43,136 bases of DNA from a virus, in IMG/VR virus record IMGVR_UViG_3300045988_021913, positions 1 to 43,136 of that record, one strand, 5' to 3'. The notes under the pieces are model-generated. The model was given only the letters and a program-made list of their open reading frames with translations, made no database searches and was not told the DNA's origin. Shown piece by piece: positions 37,470 to 43,136 of the stretch (position 1 is its first letter; each line of letters opens with the position of its first letter). The position numbers and the translations under genes were made by a program.

Positions 37470-37918
37470 TACGCGCCTCCGACTTCCCAGTGCTGCATAT
37501 CGGTGCTACCGTAGTCCATTGCATCGACCTTCGTCACGTTGTAACAATCGTCATGGCTCAGAACGACAGTCATGTTGTCCGACACAAACTCGCCCTTTAC
37601 AAAGCACGTCATGCCACCGTTACCCTTGTATGAGAGCGTCCATAGGTTAGACTTGTCCGCCGCTTTGAAAAACGATTGCGGGCCGATATAGGTTTTCGGC
37701 TTACCTGTTACCCCGTCCACCGCTTCCACGGAAAACGGAATATACAGGTTTACAGCGTCCGCACTTTCAAGGCCGCTTTCGCGCACGTTCACGCCCTTCG
37801 ATGCTTGCAGCATCACGCCACGCAGGATTGTGGTATAAACTTTTTCGGCCTCATCAAGCGTTGTCGGGTCGATTTCCTGCACGACGTTATAAATTGTTAC
37901 AGTGTGGGGAGCGTACAT
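37469..37918 (-). CDS. Head closure/head-tail adaptor protein
   Basis: Assignment based on position. Confidence 0.6.
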   Translation of the reverse strand: MYAPHTVTIYNVVQEIDPTTLDEAEKVYTTILRGVMLQASKGVNVRESGLESADAVNLYIPFSVEAVDGVTGKPKTYIGPQSFFKAADKSNLWTLSYKGNGGMTCFVKGEFVSDNMTVVLSHDDCYNVTKVDAMDYGSTDMQHWEVGGA

Positions 37919-38334
37919 CTACAACCACCTCCGCGATACAGCAGCCCGGTATGTGCAAGATATTCCATGCACGTTTCCGCAAGCAGTTTCTTTGCCCCGT
38001 CCGTCGCATTGAGCGCAGACAGCGCGGATTCCCCGCCCGTCGCAAGCGTTCTGGAATAGCTGCCTACCGTTTCGCTTTTGACTTCCGCGTCATTTGCCGC
38101 AGCATTTGCAAGGGTTTTCACGGCAAGCGCCTGCGCTAATTCAATGACTGCATACTTGTCAACCAGCGCACAGCAGCACATCTTCACCGCATCAAGATTG
38201 GCGTGGTCTTGTGCTTTATTGCGCGTGTAGTAGTCGAGGAAGGAGCTGGCGCGGAAAACAAGACGCGGGAAGTCATTTTCACTCACAGCGCCCATATAGG
38301 TACCGGTGTAGTATGTATAATCAGCGTATGTCAT
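37897..38334 (-). CDS. Head-tail connector (gp6-like)
   Basis: MTYADYTYYTGTYMG..FPRLVFRASSFLDYYT.. is typical of connector proteins. Confidence 0.65.
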   Translation of the reverse strand: MTYADYTYYTGTYMGAVSENDFPRLVFRASSFLDYYTRNKAQDHANLDAVKMCCCALVDKYAVIELAQALAVKTLANAAANDAEVKSETVGSYSRTLATGGESALSALNATDGAKKLLAETCMEYLAHTGLLYRGGGCRCTLPTL

Positions 38335-38354
38335 ACGGGTCAGCTCCTTTCAGA

Positions 38355-39566
38355 TTAAGAAACGGTAACAGTGGCAGTGCCGGTCTTCGTGCTGTCCTGC
38401 TTGGACTTGGCCGTAACGGTGATACTGGTCTTAGTCTCAGCGGAGTCGATAGTCAGCAAGCCGTCTTCGCTGATCTTGGACTTCGTGCCATTCTGGCTCC
38501 ACTCGACCTCGCCGTTGATAATGCCCTCGCCGGTAACAGCAGCAGTAAACGCCTTGCTGTCGCCCTTTGCCATCGTCGCGGTAGCGGGCGAGACGGTAAC
38601 AGCAGAGATGTCGCCGCCCTTGCCGTAAACAGAGAACGGGAACGGATTTGCCTTTTCCGCGTTGTAGGCGTTGATGGGGTTCGCGATCTCCCAGCCGAGA
38701 CGCATGACTGCGCGCAGCGCCACCATATCGTTCTGCATGAGGTTGTAGGTGATAGCCTTCGTGGTGGGATCCTGAATAACGCCCTCGGTGAAGATCTTGA
38801 AGGTCATGTCCTGACGAATGGCATAAACCAGCTGGCTCCAATCACCGACGATCATCTGCGCCTGTGCGGGGTCAAACGCGCCGTTCATGGGGAAGTACAT
38901 GTCCATGCCGTCCAGGCCGTAACGGGTAGCGCCCTGCATATCGGACTTGAAGATGGGCTGGCCGGTGGTGTCCTTCAGGCCGCGCAGCTTACCGCGCATC
39001 TGGATGGCGGACATGACGCCGTTGGGGTTGAAGCCGTCCAGCTCCACCTTGGCGATAAGGCCGTTCTCGCCCATGATGTCATCGAACACGTTGGTGCCGA
39101 CGGGAACACCGTTACCGGCAGCGATAGCAGCAGGCACAACGCCAGTGCGCCAAGTGCTGGGTTTGTTGGTGCCGAACAGAATAGCCGCGTCAATGACCTT
39201 GCCGAAAGCCTCGGTCAGACGGGGCTTGACCTCGCCCCAAATGTCATAGTCCGCATCATCGAGAGCGGCCTCGGGAATGGGGACGATGACCGCGATCTCC
39301 TCGGCGTACAGTTTCTTCTTGTCCCACGCCATCTTCGTGGTCTGCTTGAATGCCTCGCCTGCGCCACTGTCAGTGGCTTCGCCATTGACAAAGTACGCAG
39401 AGGGAAGTGCGTCAAGCACGTTGATGGTCTGCGTCTTGCTGGACATATTTGCCAGACGACGGCCCATGCGCAGGACCGCGGATTCCGCGATAGCGCCCTG
39501 CATGATCTCGCGGGTTACGGGTTCCGGAATAAGTCCGGAAAGTGCGGAACGATCAATAGTTGCCAT
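38355..39566 (-). CDS. Major capsid protein (HK97-fold type) with a C-terminal Big_2 Ig-like domain
   Basis: AGGAG RBS. 403 aa. The C-terminus reads ..VTVSPATATMAKGDSKAFTAAVTGEG..VEWSQNG..LLTIDSAETKTSITVTAKS... Confidence 0.85.
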   Translation of the reverse strand: MATIDRSALSGLIPEPVTREIMQGAIAESAVLRMGRRLANMSSKTQTINVLDALPSAYFVNGEATDSGAGEAFKQTTKMAWDKKKLYAEEIAVIVPIPEAALDDADYDIWGEVKPRLTEAFGKVIDAAILFGTNKPSTWRTGVVPAAIAAGNGVPVGTNVFDDIMGENGLIAKVELDGFNPNGVMSAIQMRGKLRGLKDTTGQPIFKSDMQGATRYGLDGMDMYFPMNGAFDPAQAQMIVGDWSQLVYAIRQDMTFKIFTEGVIQDPTTKAITYNLMQNDMVALRAVMRLGWEIANPINAYNAEKANPFPFSVYGKGGDISAVTVSPATATMAKGDSKAFTAAVTGEGIINGEVEWSQNGTKSKISEDGLLTIDSAETKTSITVTAKSKQDSTKTGTATVTVS

Positions 39567-39584
39567 GTTGTAATCTCCTTTTCG

Positions 39585-40082
39585 TTACTTGAGTGCGCCG
39601 CGGATCAGATTGTTCATCGCGGCATTGGTATCTGTTTTCTTTTCGCCGCCGCCAACAGCAGCGGACCAGTCGATTTTTACGCCGTCTTGGAACGCGGACG
39701 GATCGGCGCTGACTTGCGCCTTGTGCCATTCGTCAAACCCCTCAAGCGCACCGTCCTTGATTTCAAGGTGCTTTGCTTTCAGGTCTGCCAAATATGCCTT
39801 TTCCGCAGCCTTAGAGCTGAATTTCACGCCCTTTTCAGCAAGCGTCTTACGAATCACGTCTGCGTAGTCATAATCGGCAATCTTGGACTTGTAGCCCTCG
39901 ATCTCCTTTTTGAGCGCTTCCGTTTCCGCGCTGCCGTTTGCTGCAAACTGCTTGTTCTTCTCCACTTCCGCGTCCAGCTTGCTCTGAACAGTCGAAAGTG
40001 CCTTTGTGATTCGCCTGTCGAACTCCGCCTTGTAGGTGGGGTCAGCCAGTATTTCATCAAAAGTCTTAATTTCGTCTGCCAT
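39585..40082 (-). CDS. Scaffolding protein
   Basis: AAAAGGAG RBS. Helical and K/E/A-rich. Directly upstream of the capsid gene. Confidence 0.75.
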   Translation of the reverse strand: MADEIKTFDEILADPTYKAEFDRRITKALSTVQSKLDAEVEKNKQFAANGSAETEALKKEIEGYKSKIADYDYADVIRKTLAEKGVKFSSKAAEKAYLADLKAKHLEIKDGALEGFDEWHKAQVSADPSAFQDGVKIDWSAAVGGGEKKTDTNAAMNNLIRGALK

Positions 40083-40130
40083 TTTTTATTCTCCTTTTAT
40101 TTCCACAGCGTCATTCCCCGCTGCGTATTA

Positions 40131-40173
40131 CAACAAAAGAGCCAACCTGTAAGAAATCTTTACAAGTTGGCTC
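40131..40173 (-). terminator. Rho-independent terminator (minus strand) after the low-GC insert
   Basis: Long hairpin gagccaac.tgtaa / ttaca.gttggctc, followed by ttttgttg on the minus strand. Confidence 0.6.
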
Positions 40174-40193
40174 CCATTGCCCTTTCCCGCGCC

Positions 40194-40646
40194 CTATTGC
40201 GCGGAAGCATATTTTACCGTTTTTATCATCGACCATTCCCCATACAGAAATACCTTACAATATCCCTTTTTGGATAATGCTTTTTCGTACATCTGGAATC
40301 TACGATGGGCTTCTCCGATTATTGCGAGTTTGATTTTCCGTTTACTTGCTGACACTTGTTCAGCCAGTCCTTGCTCAAATTTGGTTATTGCGTGATAGCA
40401 CCAGACCAATGCCTCAAGCCCGCACCGCCCTGTTGATTTTAGTGTAATATTATTATCTCTTGTCTCCGCAAACCAACCAGAAAGATTTTTCTTTTTGTTG
40501 GCAACAGCAAACGCTACATAATAAATGGTTTCGTAGTCTGAGCCATTTTTATAAAATCTTACTTCACAATATTGCCCATTTGATAGTTTGTGCCTTTTGC
40601 GATAAGCGTTTCCCTTGCTGTCCCATTCAAACCCATTCATCATCAT
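40194..40646 (-). CDS. Hypothetical protein (150 aa) in an AT-rich insert within the head module
   Basis: Track ORF. ATGA-coupled to the upstream small ORF. No motif recognised. Confidence 0.6.
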   Translation of the reverse strand: MMMNGFEWDSKGNAYRKRHKLSNGQYCEVRFYKNGSDYETIYYVAFAVANKKKNLSGWFAETRDNNITLKSTGRCGLEALVWCYHAITKFEQGLAEQVSASKRKIKLAIIGEAHRRFQMYEKALSKKGYCKVFLYGEWSMIKTVKYASAQ

Positions 40647-40774
40647 TTTTGCGCATATTTGATTGTTTTCTTGACCTCTAAAACGATGTACCCGTCTCCT
40701 TTGCGGCGAATTTCCACATCGTTACCGCGCTTCAAAATTGCATCGATTGCCTTTTTGACTTCTTCCCAGTTCAA
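40643..40774 (-). CDS. Hypothetical small protein (43 aa, TTG start)
   Basis: Below the track cut-off. TTGA overlap with the minor capsid stop and ATGA overlap with the next start. (M)NWEEVKKAIDAILKRGNDVEIRRKGDGYIVLEVKK... Confidence 0.4.
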   Translation of the reverse strand: MNWEEVKKAIDAILKRGNDVEIRRKGDGYIVLEVKKTIKYAQK

Positions 40775-41937
40775 TACAGCACCTTTGTCCTTTCCCATTG
40801 CAGCGGCAACCCCGCCGCTTCACTAAAAGCCTTATATTTGGCGTTCAGTCTTACAAGTTTCGCTTTTGCAGCATAATATTCGTCCTTTTGCTCGCTTGCC
40901 TTATACGCTGTTACAAGCCTTTTCTGCTTGATAATCTGGCGCTCAACGCGCCGCTGCATCTGCGTTGCTTCGTATGCGGTGTATTTCTTCCCGTCAAACT
41001 CGCAGCCGAGATCATCATCAATATGCTCAAGCTGCTCATCTGTATATGTTCGTTCGCTTACGCCCTCAACCCAAACGTTGCGGCGGTGGCGGCAGTTTGC
41101 TCCTTCCAGCCCATCAACAGCGCCAAGACCGCAGACTTCGTAAATATTCGGGTAAATGTCACCCGCACGGGCGCTGTAAACCTTGCCTTGCCAATCCTTG
41201 TGCGATGACCACGGTGACGGCCCCGGCTTATCACGAGCGCCGGAATGTGCAGAAACCTCAAAATATGGCGTCTCAAGATATTCTGCCGACTGCTCCGTAT
41301 ATTTAGCGCAAATTTGATTTACGCCAGTCATCACGGCTCTGCGCACTGCCACATCGATCTGATCTCGATGCCCACTCTCATAGTCAACTACCTTCAATCC
41401 GCTGTCTGCAAGCTGCTTTACTGCCGTCTTGATGGCCTGATTGTAGTTGATCGCGCCGCTCTGAATCTGCATTTCTGCGTTATCCAAAGCCCACTGATAA
41501 GCGCGCGCGGGCTTTAACATCGTGTTGCCCACAAGGAAACCAGTAGAAGCCGTTAAATTTCGGAATGTATCATGGGTCTGCCGCTTAATTGCATCCACTT
41601 TAGCCGCGTCTACAAGCGTTTCTGGCTGCGTTACATGCGCAAGGTCGATGACTTCGGTGTAATACTTCTGGTTGCGCTCTACAACGTCATTAAGCAAACT
41701 ATTTAGCTCTTGTTTGCTAATCTCTGCTGTTTTGCTAATAGCTTCTTCAATGCTTTTAAGGTCAATTCCGTGCGACCGCAACGCTTGAATATCCTGTACT
41801 GTTACCTCGTTGAGCTGATCTGCCAGCTTCAAGCGGCTGCATATTTCGTCAAGCAGCGTATCTTCAAGAGCGCGGTACAGTTCAGCGAGTTCTTCTGGAA
41901 GTGCGTCAAGGACTTCCGGCTGAAACGGATATTTCAT
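40771..41937 (-). CDS. Minor capsid protein (SPP1 gp7 / Phage_min_cap2-like)
   Basis: 388 aa. Sequence ..VAVRRAVMTGVNQ.., ..EVSAHSGARD..HKDWQGKVY... Confidence 0.75.
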   Translation of the reverse strand: MKYPFQPEVLDALPEELAELYRALEDTLLDEICSRLKLADQLNEVTVQDIQALRSHGIDLKSIEEAISKTAEISKQELNSLLNDVVERNQKYYTEVIDLAHVTQPETLVDAAKVDAIKRQTHDTFRNLTASTGFLVGNTMLKPARAYQWALDNAEMQIQSGAINYNQAIKTAVKQLADSGLKVVDYESGHRDQIDVAVRRAVMTGVNQICAKYTEQSAEYLETPYFEVSAHSGARDKPGPSPWSSHKDWQGKVYSARAGDIYPNIYEVCGLGAVDGLEGANCRHRRNVWVEGVSERTYTDEQLEHIDDDLGCEFDGKKYTAYEATQMQRRVERQIIKQKRLVTAYKASEQKDEYYAAKAKLVRLNAKYKAFSEAAGLPLQWERTKVLY

Positions 41938-42553
41938 TTGCTCTCCTCCGTTTCACAATCTCGTCATAATGCGGCTTCACGCGGATCACATTCCAGTCGC
42001 ATTCCTCCGGCACTCTTCCATAGAATATCACCCATTCCGGCGATAGCCGTTTCATCATTTCCTCATAACCGCGCAGAAACAGCCGCTTGCTTTCCTTGTT
42101 CTGCTGTGTGCCTACCGAGCTAACCGCAACAATTCCACCGACAGGCTCGCCATCAAAGCACCAATCGTAACTGCTCTCATCGCTCCATGAGATTGAGGGA
42201 TAGACCGTCATTCCATGCATTTGCCAGTATGCCGCCAACCAATGCTTGCGATAGTGGTTGTATATCTGCATCGCCAGCGGCATATCTGTGTATGTGGAAA
42301 AGTCCGGCGCGCACACCGCCGCAAACTGCGACAGTTTCGGAATGTATTTGTCCGGCGTGTTCCAATATCGGATGAATTGATAATCGTCCACAAAGAAATG
42401 TACGATTTTTCTTTGCGTGTCTTTTTCCGCGTAATGGTAATTCACGGGGATAAACTCACCTTGTGAGTACGCCTTGACCGGCTCGATTTGCGGAATATCG
42501 TACTTGCCCACACCGGGGAATGTGAACTTGTCGAGATTTTCAAAGTTAATCAT
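41906..42553 (-). CDS. DUF4417-like protein
   Basis: ..VHFFVDDYQFIRYWNTPDKY..APDFSTYTDMPLAMQIYNHYRKHWLAAYWQMHGMTVYPSISW.. matches DUF4417 as remembered. Confidence 0.65.
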   Translation of the reverse strand: MINFENLDKFTFPGVGKYDIPQIEPVKAYSQGEFIPVNYHYAEKDTQRKIVHFFVDDYQFIRYWNTPDKYIPKLSQFAAVCAPDFSTYTDMPLAMQIYNHYRKHWLAAYWQMHGMTVYPSISWSDESSYDWCFDGEPVGGIVAVSSVGTQQNKESKRLFLRGYEEMMKRLSPEWVIFYGRVPEECDWNVIRVKPHYDEIVKRRRANEISVSAGSP

Positions 42554-42945
42554 TCCTTAACCCATCCACCGTTCCGGAATTTATATCCCCGCTTTTTAAG
42601 GGCCTCTTTGACGGCATAGGTTTGCCCGGTAAATGACGTGATTTTTTCAAAATTGATGTTGTGTGGAGTGTCATTTACAAAGCCGTGATCAAGCGTATAA
42701 GTCACATAATTCGTCTTGTTTGTTTTTGCGGTCTTATTGTAGCTATCGGCTTTGGCGTATTGTAATTCTACCTTCCCGTCTCCAACTGAAACAGCCTGTA
42801 GCACCGTATCATCATACCGCCCGCGCGTAAATCCACGTCCTTCGATATATCTGGTTTCAACCTTTAAAGGCTTTTCGCGCCCAAACATTCCGCCTGCGCT
42901 GGACGGCTTGACGCTTCCGCCGCCTGCTCCACCTCTGCCGCCCAT
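42550..42945 (-). CDS. Hypothetical protein with a Gly-rich N-terminus (131 aa)
   Basis: Track ORF trimmed to ATG 42945, which overlaps the portal TGA. MGGRGGAGGGSVKPSS... and ...GQTYAVKEALKKRGYKFRNGGWVKE. Confidence 0.6.
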   Translation of the reverse strand: MGGRGGAGGGSVKPSSAGGMFGREKPLKVETRYIEGRGFTRGRYDDTVLQAVSVGDGKVELQYAKADSYNKTAKTNKTNYVTYTLDHGFVNDTPHNINFEKITSFTGQTYAVKEALKKRGYKFRNGGWVKE

Positions 42946-43136
42946 CACTCTACCTCCGTTTCTTCCTCGGTCGTCATGTCCTGCATCTTGGGCAGCGCCG
43001 CCTTTGCGGTTGCCTCGTCCTCGTTCATCCACTTCATGCGGAACTCCCAATCGTTCATAATGCCCGCCTGCAAAAGCTGCATATCGCGGGAAAAATCGGT
43101 TTGCTTGTCCTCAATGATGCTGTCATCAAAGTCGAT
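42945..43136 (-). CDS. Portal protein, 3' end (same gene as 1..1316)
   Basis: ..DFSRDMQLLQAGIMNDWEFRMKWMNEDEATAKAALPKMQDMTTEEETEVE*, with the stop at 42947..42945. Confidence 0.85.
   Translation of the reverse strand: MDFDDSIIEDKQTDFSRDMQLLQAGIMNDWEFRMKWMNEDEATAKAALPKMQDMTTEEETEVE
43060..43136. repeat. 77-nt terminal duplication, copy 2
   Basis: Identical to 1..77. Confidence 0.95.

Noticed and set aside
38211-40277. 688-aa plus-strand ORF.
   Set aside because: It is antisense to the major capsid and scaffold genes, which have clear homology-like features and RBSs. Its composition is not protein-like.
1-43136. Looked for a diversity-generating retroelement, a retron, a toxin-antitoxin pair with a recognisable toxin, or a CBASS/other defence operon.
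   Set aside because: No reverse-transcriptase (YxDD) ORF, no template/variable repeat pair near the tail fibre genes, and no recognisable nuclease or cyclase effector genes were seen.

Overview
This window is a complete, circularly closed genome (about 43.06 kb unique) of a temperate phage with a siphovirus-type long non-contractile tail. Nt 1..77 are repeated exactly at 43060..43136, which is an assembly overlap, and the portal gene runs across that junction. The host is probably a GC-rich Firmicutes/Clostridia bacterium. This is inferred from the XhlA-holin-M15 endolysin lysis cassette, the DUF6273 and Listeria-Bacteroides-repeat tail proteins, and strong AGGAGG ribosome-binding sites. Most genes lie on the minus strand and are chained by ATGA/TGATG stop-start overlaps. 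In transcription order (decreasing coordinates) the minus strand reads as follows. (1) A cro-like switch at about 16.2 kb. (2) An early, recombination and replication block from 15.9 to 3.5 kb: a RAMP-like protein followed by an ORF-free repeat array, an HTH protein, a 3D-domain protein, Gp157, a Rad52-type SSAP, NinB-like and HNH-like proteins, SSB, a replisome organiser with internal iterons, a DnaC-like loader, DUF1064, three HTH domains, an m5C methyltransferase with permuted motif order, small Zn-ribbon and low-complexity proteins, and a RinA-like activator. (3) A tRNA-Trp-like element. (4) terS, terL and portal (wraps the junction). (5) Head genes from 42.9 to 37.9 kb. (6) Tail genes from 37.9 to 25.7 kb. 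(7) Lysis genes from 25.7 to 24.4 kb. (8) An accessory island from 22.9 to 19.7 kb, ending at attP. The plus strand carries a CI-like repressor operon, a membrane-anchored HTH protein plus a tyrosine integrase (16.4-19.5 kb), an acr/aca-like two-gene cassette (23.1-23.9 kb), and a DUF4352 moron inside the tail module (34.5-35.0 kb). The best candidates for something new are: (a) a stand-alone Cas7/Csm3-like RAMP protein next to a 570-bp strand-asymmetric array of degenerate direct repeats; (b) a circularly permuted C5-methyltransferase that also carries a long protein-like ORF in an alternative frame; (c) the acidic-protein plus HTH cassette. All family assignments come from reading motifs by eye and from memory. 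No database search was run.
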